Source: an uncultured delta proteobacterium (GTDB lineage Bacteria; Desulfobacterota; Desulfobacteria; Desulfobacterales; JAFDCJ01). From it: 64,000 bases of DNA. Positions 10,326-20,536 of the stretch are shown one piece after another. The translations under genes were made by a program, and so were the position numbers. How positions within the stretch are numbered: position 1 is the stretch's first letter; every line of letters starts with the position of its first letter. The stretch is taken from positions 32,001 through 96,000 of the forward strand of contig CAVYNY010000009.1 in NCBI GenBank assembly GCA_963769935.1. The letters run 5' to 3'. The notes beneath the pieces were generated by a model. The model was not told the DNA's origin, did no database searches, and worked only from the letters and a program-made list of their open reading frames with translations.

Positions 10326-10990
10326 AACCTGACCTCCTGCACAGCCATTCTTCGTTCCAGGCTGTTGGAAACACGGATCAGCGGATAGGAAATAACGAAA
10401 TACAGAATTCCGACCAGACTGAACACCATCAATCCCTCCGGTATTCTGACCACCGTCATCCAGCCCACCCGGGTCAGCTCGACCACCCCGATAACTGAAA
10501 CCACCGAAGAATCCTTGATTAATAGAACATATTGGCCGACCAGCGGCGGTAAAATCGTCTGCATGGCCTGGGGTACGATCACGAAGCGCAGTTGCTGAAT
10601 GACGGACAGACCCGAAGCCGTAGCCGCCTCCCGCTGCCCCTGGTCTACGGCCTTTATTCCGCCGGCAACAATTTCGCATATAAAAGCCGCCCCCATGATG
10701 CTCAGCGCCAAGACGGCCGCCGGAAAGGCATCCAACTGGATGCCCCACTCCGGCAAAATAAAAAAAATGATAAATATCTGCACTACAAACGGTGTGCCCC
10801 GGATGACGAACACAAAGACTCCAATCGGCCAGGTCAACAGTTTTCTTTTGCTGGATCGCATGATGCCCAGCAAAAATCCAGAGATGGTGGCAAACGATAA
10901 ACCCAGCCCGGCGACGACGACGGTCATCCACAACCCCTTGAGGAAGAAAGGAAAAATTTCCACCAACCGCTGCAAATTGAATGCGATCAT
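10322..10990 (-). CDS. polar amino-acid ABC permease
   Basis: RGTP..VQ, GQ.EAA, LIKDSS. Confidence 0.9.
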   Translation of the reverse strand: MIAFNLQRLVEIFPFFLKGLWMTVVVAGLGLSFATISGFLLGIMRSSKRKLLTWPIGVFVFVIRGTPFVVQIFIIFFILPEWGIQLDAFPAAVLALSIMGAAFICEIVAGGIKAVDQGQREAATASGLSVIQQLRFVIVPQAMQTILPPLVGQYVLLIKDSSVVSVIGVVELTRVGWMTVVRIPEGLMVFSLVGILYFVISYPLIRVSNSLERRMAVQEVRL

Positions 10991-10993
10991 GGG

Positions 10994-11662
10994 TTAGTAG
11001 GCCTCGCGATAAATCAGCTTCTTCTGTGACCAGTCGGCTAAAGTCTTCAGGAAGAAGTAAATGCACAAATAAAAGAAAGCGACGGTAAAAAAAGCTTCGG
11101 TCGGCATGAAACGCTCCGAGGTCAGCACCTGTCCGCAGCGGGTCAACTCCAGAACCGAAATCAGCGAGAGCAGCGCCGAGTCTTTGACCAGCACAATGGC
11201 CTGGCCCAAGAGGGGTGGGACGGTCACCCCCAGGGCCTGGGGCAAAACGATAAAGCGCATTCTCTGAAAATAGCTCAGGCCGGAAGAAATCCCCGCCTCT
11301 ATCTGACCGATCGAAACCGACGTGATCCCGGCCCTGATGATCTCAGCCATGTAGGCACCGCTGTTGAGCATCAAGGCCAGGATACCGGTTTGAAGTTCGG
11401 GAACGCGCAGGCCGAGGGTTGGAAGGCCGAAGTAAAAAAAGTATATCTGAACCAAAAGGGGGGTTGATCGGATCGATTCGATGTAAGCGATGGATACGCC
11501 GCGCAACAGCTTCCAGCGCGAAAGACGGCAGGCACAGGCGATGGTTCCGACAATCAGCGCCAGAAAGATGGATACGATCGAAATCAGGAAGGTGTTTCTC
11601 AGGCCCTCCAGGAAAAAAGGCAAGTACTCCCAGATGATTCTGAAGTTGAACCCTTCAAGCAT
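10994..11662 (-). CDS. polar amino-acid ABC permease
   Basis: RSTPLLVQ, AYMAEIIRAG, VKDSAL. Confidence 0.9.
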   Translation of the reverse strand: MLEGFNFRIIWEYLPFFLEGLRNTFLISIVSIFLALIVGTIACACRLSRWKLLRGVSIAYIESIRSTPLLVQIYFFYFGLPTLGLRVPELQTGILALMLNSGAYMAEIIRAGITSVSIGQIEAGISSGLSYFQRMRFIVLPQALGVTVPPLLGQAIVLVKDSALLSLISVLELTRCGQVLTSERFMPTEAFFTVAFFYLCIYFFLKTLADWSQKKLIYREAY

Positions 11663-11803
11663 TATACAATCATTTCCCTCCCGAGTGAGGCGCCCATTGC
11701 CGAGCGGGCGGCTTCAGCGTATTCCCCCCCCGCAAGGGTGAGGCCGGCCTCCCGTGGGCATGAATCCGAAGCCATCCGCTCTCTATATGAATGTAGTCAC
11801 CCA

Positions 11804-12610
11804 TTACTGGTGGTCTTTTTTCCAATCCGTAGACTCCATCCAGTACTTTACATTCGCATCGTAGGTCCCGTCGGCATGGATGGTGGCAAAGAACAGGTTA
11901 ACCCACTGCCAGAGGTTCACCGATTCCTGGCGAACCGCGAATGCCAGGGGGTCTTTGCCTGTGCCCAGGCGTTGATCCAGCAACCGGACCGAATTGGGTG
12001 GAAAGTCGGGCAGCGCGGTCAAAACGGCTAAATCGTCATTCACACCGGCGTCTACATGTCCGGCTAAAAGAGCTTGAACGATCATGCGTCCGCTGCCTTT
12101 GTAAGTCTTAATCTGAGCCTTGGGAAGATACTTCTTGGCGATATTCTCGCCCGTCGAGCCCAGCAACACTCCCACCGTGATGTCGGGCTTGTTGACGTCT
12201 TCCGGGACCTGGTAGGAAGCGCCCGTCTTGGTAAATACACAAGCTTGGACATAATACCAGGGATCGCAGAAAGTTATCTTGAGCGCCCGCTTGAGGGTCG
12301 GCGTCATGTCGGCGGCCAGAATATCGGCTTTGCCCGAAAGCAGCGCCGGAATGAGGCCGTCCCAGTCAAAATCCAAAATCTTCAGCTTAACATCCATACG
12401 TTTGGCCATCTCTCGCGCAAAGTCGACCATCGAACCGGTATAATCGCCGTTTTTGTCGACAAACGCATAGGGCGCGGCCCCGGATTGCACTGCGACCCTT
12501 AATTCTCCTCTTTTGACTATGTCAGCCAGAGTCCCCGCCGAAGCCGTCCCGGCAGTTGCCGCCGTAAGTGCCAAAACACAACAAACAGCAACTAATCCTT
12601 TAATTTTCAT
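11804..12610 (-). CDS. polar amino-acid ABC substrate-binding protein
   Basis: Signal peptide, WDGLIPAL.SGKAD, T.T..R. Confidence 0.9.
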   Translation of the reverse strand: MKIKGLVAVCCVLALTAATAGTASAGTLADIVKRGELRVAVQSGAAPYAFVDKNGDYTGSMVDFAREMAKRMDVKLKILDFDWDGLIPALLSGKADILAADMTPTLKRALKITFCDPWYYVQACVFTKTGASYQVPEDVNKPDITVGVLLGSTGENIAKKYLPKAQIKTYKGSGRMIVQALLAGHVDAGVNDDLAVLTALPDFPPNSVRLLDQRLGTGKDPLAFAVRQESVNLWQWVNLFFATIHADGTYDANVKYWMESTDWKKDHQ

Positions 12611-12651
12611 AGTTTCCTCCTCTCAAGTTTTGATTGTTATTTCTTTGCATA

Positions 12652-13824
12652 TTACGCCAAGACTTCCTGCTCTTCTTCGACTACAATGCCCCGCTCGGCC
12701 ATTCGATCCATAAACAACTGATATGGTATATGGACTGCAGGTGCCAGAATGCCTTTTTCAGAGATTTCGTTGCCGGCGATCATCTGGGCCACGATACTGG
12801 CCGTAAACCCCACCCCCTTGCTCATGGCCATCAAACCGGTCTCCAGATCGCGCTCGATTAACAGGCGCAAGGTAAGACGGATTTTCTTTCCACCCGCCAG
12901 CCCCTCAAAAATGTTCAACATGACGACCAGGTCTTTTTCGTCATCCCGGTATTGAAGTCGGGGCCCCATTAATTTGTCCAGAAACTGAATCGGTGAGACA
13001 TCGCAGGGCAGACCGGCAACGGGTTTATCATCCAAAAATCCCATTTGCTTCAAGGGGTGCCAGAAAGCGCTCCATCCGGGCCAGCGCAAAGAATACCGCC
13101 CGCTCTCTTTGATGCCGGCGGTCACGCCCAGCAAATCGGTGTATTTGACGGCATCACCGTTGGGGATGGCCTCCAGCCGACCTAACTCCGGAAAATCGAT
13201 GTAATGGATAAATTGGGGATCATGCTGGCGGGCAGCCGGGATATCCACTTCGCGGCCGTTTTTTATGGCTCGCGAATCCCGCCGGGTGGAGCTCAACACC
13301 CCCTCCCAGATCCAGGATATCTTATAGTTGATCGGATTGTCGCAAGCGGATTTTTCCGGAAATCCCCCACAGTAGGATTGGATCACCTGCAGTTCATCAA
13401 ACCGCCGGCGGCCCTCACCATAAATAATCAGATCAATGCCTGGATCAAGGCCGCATTCGGGCATGATGGCTACCCCCGCGCTGCGGGCCTGATCGGCCAG
13501 ATTTAAAATAGTGCCGGCATAATTGGTATAGACCACCCCTACGCCGGTTGTGATGGCGGCCTGACATACCTGCGGCGTGAATTGGCGGGGCAAAAGATCG
13601 ATAGCCGCATCCGCACGGCTGAAAAGTTTTACGAGATTTTCCGGATCAGCCGCGTCCAGCAGCACCGGCTGTACTTTGGACATGCCGGGATAATCCTTGA
13701 TCCGATCAAATGCTGCCAATCTAGCGTCGGCGCAGATGATTTCAGCGACATTTTCGCTGCGGGCCAGGTCGTAAACAGCGGTGCGCCCCTGAAACCCGCA
13801 TCCTCCCAGTACCAGTATCTTCAA
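12652..13824 (-). CDS. saccharopine dehydrogenase / lysine 6-dehydrogenase family protein
   Basis: Rossmann VLGGCGFQG, CGLDPG, SYCGG, YSLRWPG. GGGAGG RBS before TTG 13824. Confidence 0.8.
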   Translation of the reverse strand: MKILVLGGCGFQGRTAVYDLARSENVAEIICADARLAAFDRIKDYPGMSKVQPVLLDAADPENLVKLFSRADAAIDLLPRQFTPQVCQAAITTGVGVVYTNYAGTILNLADQARSAGVAIMPECGLDPGIDLIIYGEGRRRFDELQVIQSYCGGFPEKSACDNPINYKISWIWEGVLSSTRRDSRAIKNGREVDIPAARQHDPQFIHYIDFPELGRLEAIPNGDAVKYTDLLGVTAGIKESGRYSLRWPGWSAFWHPLKQMGFLDDKPVAGLPCDVSPIQFLDKLMGPRLQYRDDEKDLVVMLNIFEGLAGGKKIRLTLRLLIERDLETGLMAMSKGVGFTASIVAQMIAGNEISEKGILAPAVHIPYQLFMDRMAERGIVVEEEQEVLA

Positions 13825-13880
13825 GGTCGAGTCCCTCCCGTGTTTATAGCGCGAATAGGAAGACGCGCAGATAGGTTGAG

Positions 13881-13916
13881 TAAAGAATCCTGGCCCCGAG
13901 GACCAGGTTTTCAATG
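13881..13916. repeat. dispersed 36-bp repeat R1, copy 2
   Basis: TAAAGAATCCTGGCCCCGAGGACCAGGTTTTCAATG. Confidence 0.85.
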
Positions 13917-14000
13917 TTGGACGTTCGATGTTTCAAACCAACCTCCTACAGCATGAACACAACCTGGGAATGTTTACAAAATAGTTCAGCGCGTGAGGGC

Positions 14001-14714
14001 TCAGCCCCCCAGATAAGCTTTTTTGACCTCGGGATCATCAAGCAGTTCGGCCGATGATCCCTGCAAAACCAGGTTGCCGTTTTCCAGCACATAGCCCCGG
14101 CTGGCAAACTGCAGCGCCAGACGGGCATTTTGCTCCACCAGCAGAATGGTGGTGCCTTCCCGGTTGATTTCTTTCAGCGCATCAAACATGCTCATCATCA
14201 ACAGGGGAGCCAATCCCATGGACGGTTCATCCAGCAGCATGACTTTCCGCCCGCTCATATAGGCTCTCCCCACCGCCAGCATCTGCTGTTCGCCACCGCT
14301 CAACGTGCCCGATTTCTGGTGTTGTCGTTCCTCCAGGCGCGGGAATATGGAAAATACACGTTTGAAGTCCTGTTGAATCTCATCCCGGTCTTTGCGGGCA
14401 AAAGTCGCCAGCATCAGATTTTCGGTAACCGTCAGGTTTTCGAACAAACGCCGGCCTTCCGGGACGTGGGAAATGCCCAGTTGGCTGACGACTTTATCGG
14501 CAGGGTAATGCAGCAGGTCATTGCCGGCAAATGACATTCGGGTGCCTTCTTCGACCGGGACCATGCGTGATATGGCCTTGAGTGTGGTACTCTTGCCGGC
14601 GCCGTTGGCCCCGATGATGCAAACAATCTCCCCTTCATCGATTTGAAAGTTCAGCCCGTGCAAGGCCTTGATGTTGCCGTATGATACGCGCAAATCCTCA
14701 ACCGATAACAGCAT
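14001..14714 (-). CDS. livF: branched-chain amino-acid ABC ATPase (LivF-like)
   Basis: GANGAGKST, VPEGRR.F, LSGGEQQML, DEPSMGLAP. Confidence 0.9.
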   Translation of the reverse strand: MLLSVEDLRVSYGNIKALHGLNFQIDEGEIVCIIGANGAGKSTTLKAISRMVPVEEGTRMSFAGNDLLHYPADKVVSQLGISHVPEGRRLFENLTVTENLMLATFARKDRDEIQQDFKRVFSIFPRLEERQHQKSGTLSGGEQQMLAVGRAYMSGRKVMLLDEPSMGLAPLLMMSMFDALKEINREGTTILLVEQNARLALQFASRGYVLENGNLVLQGSSAELLDDPEVKKAYLGG

Positions 14715-15484
14715 TATTCAACTACCTCCTTGCCCAGATAGGCATCGATCACTTTGGAGTTGTTTTGGATTTCTTCCGGCGTGCCCTCGGCAATCACCTC
14801 ACCGAAGACCAGGGTCTGAATTCTCTCGCAAAGCTCCATGACCACCTTCATACGATGTTCGATCAGAAAAATGGCCAAGCCAAATTCCCTGTGGACCTGA
14901 CGGATAATATCCATCATCTGCACAAGTTCCTCGGGATTCATGCCGGCCGTCGGTTCGTCCAAAAACAGAACTTTGGGTTCCATTGCCAGCGCCCGGGCCA
15001 TTTCCACCCGCCGCTGGGCGCCATAAGGCAGGTTAAGGACATTTTGATCGGCGAACTGAGCAACCCGCATCATCTTCAAAAGTTGAGATGCGATCTCTGC
15101 GCTTTCGGCCTCCTCCCGGCGTCTGCGGGGGGTGCCGAAAAATGCACCGACCAGTCCATAAGTCAGTTTGGAATAGCGGGCCATGGTGACATGTTCCAAC
15201 ACCGTCATGTGACGCCACAGAAGCATGTTTTGAAAGGTTCGCCCGATACCCAGTGAAGCGATCTCATGGGGAGCGCGGCCGTTTAATTTTTGACCCTCCA
15301 ACAGTATTTTCCCCTCAGTGGGCTGGTAGATGCCGGTGATGAGGTTGAAAATGGTGGTTTTGCCGGCGCCGTTGGGACCGATCAACCCTCGGATTTGGCC
15401 GGGTTCGATATCGAGTCCATAGTTGTAAACAGCCCGCAGGCCGCCGAAATAGTGCGACATTTTTTGGATTTGAAGCAGCGCCAT
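14714..15484 (-). CDS. livG: branched-chain amino-acid ABC ATPase (LivG-like)
   Basis: FGGL.A, GPNGAGKTT, LPYG.QRRVE, AYLG. Confidence 0.9.
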   Translation of the reverse strand: MALLQIQKMSHYFGGLRAVYNYGLDIEPGQIRGLIGPNGAGKTTIFNLITGIYQPTEGKILLEGQKLNGRAPHEIASLGIGRTFQNMLLWRHMTVLEHVTMARYSKLTYGLVGAFFGTPRRRREEAESAEIASQLLKMMRVAQFADQNVLNLPYGAQRRVEMARALAMEPKVLFLDEPTAGMNPEELVQMMDIIRQVHREFGLAIFLIEHRMKVVMELCERIQTLVFGEVIAEGTPEEIQNNSKVIDAYLGKEVVE

Positions 15485-15637
15485 GCGTTATTTACCTCAA
15501 AACGAAGCCAAACAAGTTAAAATAATTTGTCTGCTTTTAAATATGATCTCGGCTAATATAAGAAATGACTAAAATGCCTAAAATTAAGGATGTAAATCAT
15601 TTTATCTTCCATCAACTATAAACGATCAACTATCAAC

Positions 15638-16933
15638 TCAATCAACTTTTTTCGGCTGGACCAATTTTTTAACGTCGAATTCCTTGAATGCAATCAGGCC
15701 GGTCGGGCGAAAAATCATTACCAGTATCAGGAGCAGGGGAATGATAATCCACTTAAATAGTTCCAGCGGCCGCAGCATCTCGCCGAGCAAGCTGATGCTG
15801 CAGGCACCGACGATAGAACCGTATACGGAGTTCAGCCCGCCGAAATAGACCATTGCCAGAACTTCGGCCAGCTTCTGGATGCCGAAGCTGCTTGGATTCA
15901 CGTATCGCAAGGCATGGGCGTATAACCCTCCGGCTACACCGGCCCAAAAGGCACCAAACAAAAAGGCGGTGATTTTGGTTTGACGGGTGTTGACGGTCAT
16001 GGCATCTGCAGCCATTTCATTGTCGCGCACGGCATTTAAAGCCTTGCCCAGAGTGGAGCGCACAAAATTGTTGATAACCCATATGCCGATCACAACGGTG
16101 GCAAAGACCACCGGCCGATTGGCCCAATCGGGCTGGTCGCCCAAGCCGCGGGGGCCCCCCACAACCTCAAGATTCTCGATCAGACTTTTTACGATGAACA
16201 TAAATGCCAGTGAAATAATTGCAAGGTAGTCCCCCCGTGTCCTGAAGGAAGGTATGGCCACTGCCAGCGCACCGAAGGCCGCTACCAGTCCGCCCAGGAT
16301 TAGCGCAATGGGGAAAAAAAAGGGACCGAGCCAATGCGGCAGCAGTGCAGCTCCTAAAAGTCGGTCATCGGCAAACAGGCCGAGGGTGAAAACCGAGGAG
16401 GCATAAGCCCCCAGGGCCATAAAGCCGGGGTGCGAACATGAGAATTCGCCCATATAGCCGTTGATCACATTCAAGCTCAATGTCAGCAAAACGGCAATCA
16501 AAGAGAATCTGAGCACATCCGCCCGATAGAGGCTCATGTCCGACCACCAGTGCAGGATTACGTAAAACATGCCAAGATGAATGAGCGCTGAAAGCATCAG
16601 CGGATAATCAAGCAGTTTGGCCGCCAGCCGGTTCATGCCGGCCGCACTCAAACGCGCAACCACGAGGATCGGCAAAACATAAATCAGCACCAGATAAATT
16701 AAAGCACTGTGGATCAGCAGCGGCTGTTTGAGCATGATGGCAAAGCCGAAAAGCATCGGTGCCTTGCGCAGTCCCAGCGTTCGTGCGAAGGGCGTTCCGA
16801 TGAAATATTCCAGCCCTACTGCAATCAGTGCGCCCAGCAGCCAGCTGAGCAGAGGAACCCGAGCCACAAATGTCCGGATATGGCTCATGATTGCGCTCCT
16901 GTTCGTCGACACCCCTTCGCCTATTGCTTCCAT
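15638..16933 (-). CDS. livM: branched-chain amino-acid ABC permease (LivM-like)
   Basis: RGDYLAI, AVRDNE.AA, GGL.S, FRP.G. Confidence 0.88.
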   Translation of the reverse strand: MEAIGEGVSTNRSAIMSHIRTFVARVPLLSWLLGALIAVGLEYFIGTPFARTLGLRKAPMLFGFAIMLKQPLLIHSALIYLVLIYVLPILVVARLSAAGMNRLAAKLLDYPLMLSALIHLGMFYVILHWWSDMSLYRADVLRFSLIAVLLTLSLNVINGYMGEFSCSHPGFMALGAYASSVFTLGLFADDRLLGAALLPHWLGPFFFPIALILGGLVAAFGALAVAIPSFRTRGDYLAIISLAFMFIVKSLIENLEVVGGPRGLGDQPDWANRPVVFATVVIGIWVINNFVRSTLGKALNAVRDNEMAADAMTVNTRQTKITAFLFGAFWAGVAGGLYAHALRYVNPSSFGIQKLAEVLAMVYFGGLNSVYGSIVGACSISLLGEMLRPLELFKWIIIPLLLILVMIFRPTGLIAFKEFDVKKLVQPKKVD

Positions 16934-16950
16934 ATCAGGTCCTCAATGTT

Positions 16951-16986
16951 ATTGAATATTGAAAATTGAATATTCAATTTTCAATT
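16951..16986. repeat. palindrome of two inverted TTGAATA/TTGAAAA heptamer arms
   Basis: ATTGAATATTGAAAATTGAATATTCAATTTTCAATT, same arms as 27782-27950. Confidence 0.7.
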
Positions 16987-16988
16987 TG

Positions 16989-17909
16989 TCATAGCCTCAG
17001 TTGCGCACTATACGGTTCACCGAAGAATCCATGGGGCCGGAACACCAGAATAAGTAGAATGATCGAATAGGCGATCAAGTCTCGAAAAGTTGACGGAAAG
17101 ATCATCGGCACAAACATCTCAATAAAACCCAGTAAAAAACCCGCCAGCGTGGCTCCAACTACCGAGCCTCGGCCTCCTAAAATGGCAGCCACAAAGGCCT
17201 TCCAGCCGATCAGAACACCCATGTAGGGATCCAAGACCGGATAAGCAACTCCGAAAAGGATGCCGGCCGCGGCAGCCAACCCCGATCCGATGGCAAAGGT
17301 TAGCGCAGCGATCCTGTTGATCGGCACTCCCATCAACGGTACGACCACATAATCAAAGGCCATGGCGCGCATCGCCATTCCCCAGCGCGTGCGGCGGATG
17401 AACTGGTGCAGCGCAAACGACAAGGCGATAGACACCAGCACGATCATAATCTTTTTGTTGGTCACCACTACCCCGCCGAATCGATAGGTGGTTGTTTCAA
17501 TCAATGATGGAAAGCTGTATCGTTGCGCTCCTAACAGAATCAGATTGCCCGTTTCCAGGATGATGCCGATCATAAGCCCGGTGATGGCGGCCGAAGCCCG
17601 CGGCGCATCACGCAAAGGCCTGTAGCAGACACGTTCGACAAACATACCCACAAAAGAGGTCAGAAACATGGAGATAAGTATTGTCAAAACCAAGATCAAC
17701 CAGCCGGGCAGCGCGAAAGCCCCCATGGCGGTAAGCGCCACAATAGCCGTGGCAACGCCTAAACCGATATAGGCACCGACCATAAAAATATCGCCGTGCG
17801 CAAAGTTAAAGAGCATCAGAATACTGTACACCATGGAATATCCCAACGCGATAAGGGCATAAAAACTTCCCCACTGCAAGGCGTTGATCAGGTTTTGAAA
17901 AAATACCAT
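16989..17909 (-). CDS. livH: branched-chain amino-acid ABC permease (LivH-like)
   Basis: YALIALGY, NFAHG, G.AMRA, KAFVAAILGG. Confidence 0.9.
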   Translation of the reverse strand: MVFFQNLINALQWGSFYALIALGYSMVYSILMLFNFAHGDIFMVGAYIGLGVATAIVALTAMGAFALPGWLILVLTILISMFLTSFVGMFVERVCYRPLRDAPRASAAITGLMIGIILETGNLILLGAQRYSFPSLIETTTYRFGGVVVTNKKIMIVLVSIALSFALHQFIRRTRWGMAMRAMAFDYVVVPLMGVPINRIAALTFAIGSGLAAAAGILFGVAYPVLDPYMGVLIGWKAFVAAILGGRGSVVGATLAGFLLGFIEMFVPMIFPSTFRDLIAYSIILLILVFRPHGFFGEPYSAQLRL

Positions 17910-17950
17910 CAGTGTTCTCCCCGGTTCCTTACAAAAAAGCGGAAAAGACA

Positions 17951-17985
17951 GTTGGGTTTCCCCGGCTCAACCGGGGAAACCCAAC
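17951..17985. terminator. strong hairpin after the binding-protein gene (attenuator or mRNA stabiliser)
   Basis: GTTGGGTTTCCCCGG-CTCAA-CCGGGGAAACCCAAC, 15-bp perfect stem. Confidence 0.6.
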
Positions 17986-18020
17986 CACATTACCATGTAC
18001 TCCATTGGGTTTGCCTGCCG

Positions 18021-19199
18021 CTAGGGGCAAACAGATTTATAAAATTCAAACTCGCCGGTATCACTGATGCGAACGATAACGGCACACTTGATCGGATCGC
18101 CGTCCTCGGTAAAGGTCATCTTACCGGTGATCCCGTCAAATTCCTTGATCTTGGCCATCGCATCCCGCACGCACTGGCGGTCGACCTTGAGGTTGCCCGT
18201 CAGCTTGCCGCAATCCTGAATGGCCTGCTGCACAATGCGGATCGAATCCCAGGTCAGTGCCGCCACATCATCCGGAACATAACCGTACTCTTTTTGATAG
18301 CGATCAATAAATTCCTTGGTTGCGCCTTTGGCGCCTGCGGCCGCATAGTGGGTGCTGAAGAACGAACCATAGCAGTCTTTACCGCATAGTTTGACCGTTT
18401 CAGCCGACCCCCAGCTGTCACTGCCCACGATGGGCTTGTTCCACCCCAGCTGATGGGCCTGCTGAACGATCAGCGCCACTTCGTTGTAGTACTGCGGGGT
18501 GAACAGGAATTGGGCGCCGGAGTTGATGATCTTCGTCAGCTGAGAGCTGAAATCGGTGTCTTTGGTGGTAAAACTTTCGTAGGCCACCACCGAGCCGGGA
18601 CCATTGAGCCCCTCCCAGGCCTTTTTAAAGAATTCAGCCAGTCCTTTGGGGTAATCACTGGCCACGTCGTAAAGCACGGCAGCTTTGGTGAAGCCGAATT
18701 CACTTTTGACAAAGTTGGCAACCACCGGCCCTTGAAACGGATCCAGGAAGCAGCCGCGAAACACGAAAGGACGATCTTTGGTGGTGTCGGGGTTGGTCGA
18801 CCAGGGGCTGATCATCGGCGTACCCAGCTCGTTGGCTTTTGCGCCGGCGGGAATCGCCTGCTTCGAGGACTGGGGGCCCACAATCGCCAGAACATCATCC
18901 TCGGTGATCAGCTTGGTGTTGGCTTTGACGGCAGATTCGGCTTTGGATTCGTTGTCTTCGATGACCAGCTCAACTTTATACTTCTTTCCGCCGACGTCAA
19001 TGCCGCCGGCGGCATTAACGTCTTCCAGCCACATCTGGGCCGCATATTTCGTGCCCTCGCCCACTTTGGGGATATCGCCTGTCAGGGGGGCGTTCACCCC
19101 TATTCTGATGGTGTCGGGCCCGGCCGAATAGGCACAAACCCCCAGACCCGCTACCATAAATGAAATGACTGCTGCCACAAATACAATTCTTTTCATCAT
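18021..19199 (-). CDS. branched-chain amino-acid ABC substrate-binding protein (LivJ/K-like)
   Basis: Signal peptide, IG..APLTG, DFSSQLTKI, GITG..TF. Confidence 0.88.
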   Translation of the reverse strand: MMKRIVFVAAVISFMVAGLGVCAYSAGPDTIRIGVNAPLTGDIPKVGEGTKYAAQMWLEDVNAAGGIDVGGKKYKVELVIEDNESKAESAVKANTKLITEDDVLAIVGPQSSKQAIPAGAKANELGTPMISPWSTNPDTTKDRPFVFRGCFLDPFQGPVVANFVKSEFGFTKAAVLYDVASDYPKGLAEFFKKAWEGLNGPGSVVAYESFTTKDTDFSSQLTKIINSGAQFLFTPQYYNEVALIVQQAHQLGWNKPIVGSDSWGSAETVKLCGKDCYGSFFSTHYAAAGAKGATKEFIDRYQKEYGYVPDDVAALTWDSIRIVQQAIQDCGKLTGNLKVDRQCVRDAMAKIKEFDGITGKMTFTEDGDPIKCAVIVRISDTGEFEFYKSVCP

Positions 19200-19581
19200 A
19201 AGGCTCCTTTCCTACGCTTTTGGTTAGTTGTTTCCCGCCCGGGCGGAAATCGACCTTCCGGATTGAAGAACCAACAGCCTAAAATCCATACAGGTAGTAG
19301 GGTGCATATCACATGAATTTTGGATTTTCAATGCCAATCATTGCTAATCCTTCACAGTTTCAGAGTTTCCGCTAAGTGGATTTCAGAGGTCGCAATGATT
19401 TTCCCGACCTTGACTTCAGGCAAGCGCGGGTTCGGATCATCGGCGTTTGGAATTTCGATATACAATGATTCTTGGTAAATTTTTTGATGATATCATAAAA
19501 AAATAAATTAATTATTGACAGAATCCCCAATATTATTTAGAGCATTAACGATCCTCAAGCCCCCTAAACGCGACTGAGCCC

Positions 19582-20025
19582 ATGAACATCGATCAAATAA
19601 ATCTCTCCATCATCAAGCATCTGCGGGACGGTCGCAAGTCCTATAAAAAAATTGCGGAAGAGTTATCTCTTTCCGAAAACACCGTTCGGACCCGTGTCAA
19701 TAAACTGATTGATGAAGGCGTGCTGGAAATTGCCGGTCTGGTGGATGCGGAGGCTGTCACCGATCACCGCACTGTCATTGTGGGCGTTAAGCTGTCCACC
19801 ATGGAACTGGTTAAAAAAGGGGAAGAATTCAGCCGGTTGAAAGGGGTTATTTCAGTCAGTGTCGTCACCGGACGCTTTGATCTGATTCTGGTTGTTCTGC
19901 TGAAGCCTGGATTCGGACTGTTGGAATTTTACACCGAAGAAGTATCCAGGCTAAAGGATGTCCAATCGGTCGAAACATTTGTGGTTTACAAAAGCTACAA
20001 TTTCAAGGTACCGTATGTATTATAG
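19582..20025 (+). CDS. Lrp/AsnC-family transcriptional regulator
   Basis: DGR.SY..IA..L.LSE.TV..R HTH, VTGRFDL. Confidence 0.9.
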   Translation: MNIDQINLSIIKHLRDGRKSYKKIAEELSLSENTVRTRVNKLIDEGVLEIAGLVDAEAVTDHRTVIVGVKLSTMELVKKGEEFSRLKGVISVSVVTGRFDLILVVLLKPGFGLLEFYTEEVSRLKDVQSVETFVVYKSYNFKVPYVL

Positions 20026-20079
20026 AAGTAAAAATTCTGAAATTCAATTGGCCATTCATCGGAAAGAAAAGGAGGCAGC

Positions 20080-20481
20080 ATGAAAGAACTGAGTGAATTG
20101 AGTTTTCCGGATGATTTTCGCTACTCAGAAAGTCATGAGTGGGTTAAAGCGGAAGGAGGCAAGGTCAAAATCGGCATCACGGACTATGCTCAGGATCAGC
20201 TGGGCGACATTGTCTTTGTGGAAATGCCCGAGGTCGGAGCAACTTTTGAAAAAGGGGCGGAATTCGGTACGGTGGAATCGGTCAAGGCCGTTTCGGAGCT
20301 CTACATCCCCATCGCCGGAGAAGTTGTCGCCGTCAATGCCGCCCTGGAAGACGCTCCCGAACTGATCAACAACTCGCCCTATACCGATGGGTGGATGATT
20401 CAGGTCAAACCCGACGACCCATCTGAAATAGAAAGCCTGATGACCAAAGATGCGTATTTGGATTCATTGCAGGGATCCTAA
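20080..20481 (+). CDS. gcvH: glycine cleavage system H protein
   Basis: [20 protein letters not shown], lipoyl motif VESVKA. Confidence 0.97.
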   Translation: MKELSELSFPDDFRYSESHEWVKAEGGKVKIGITDYAQDQLGDIVFVEMPEVGATFEKGAEFGTVESVKAVSELYIPIAGEVVAVNAALEDAPELINNSPYTDGWMIQVKPDDPSEIESLMTKDAYLDSLQGS

Positions 20482-20536
20482 GCGCTGAATGGGGGAACGA
20501 TCGCCAACCAAAAAATAATCACAAAGGACAACCGCC

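Noticed and set aside
10326..11066. 491-aa ORF as an N-terminally extended ABC ATPase
   Set aside because: Extension overlaps two genuine permease genes. Real start is near 10325.
19200..19580. Glycine or other riboswitch before liv or gcv
   Set aside because: No recognisable aptamer consensus. Lrp control is the simpler explanation.
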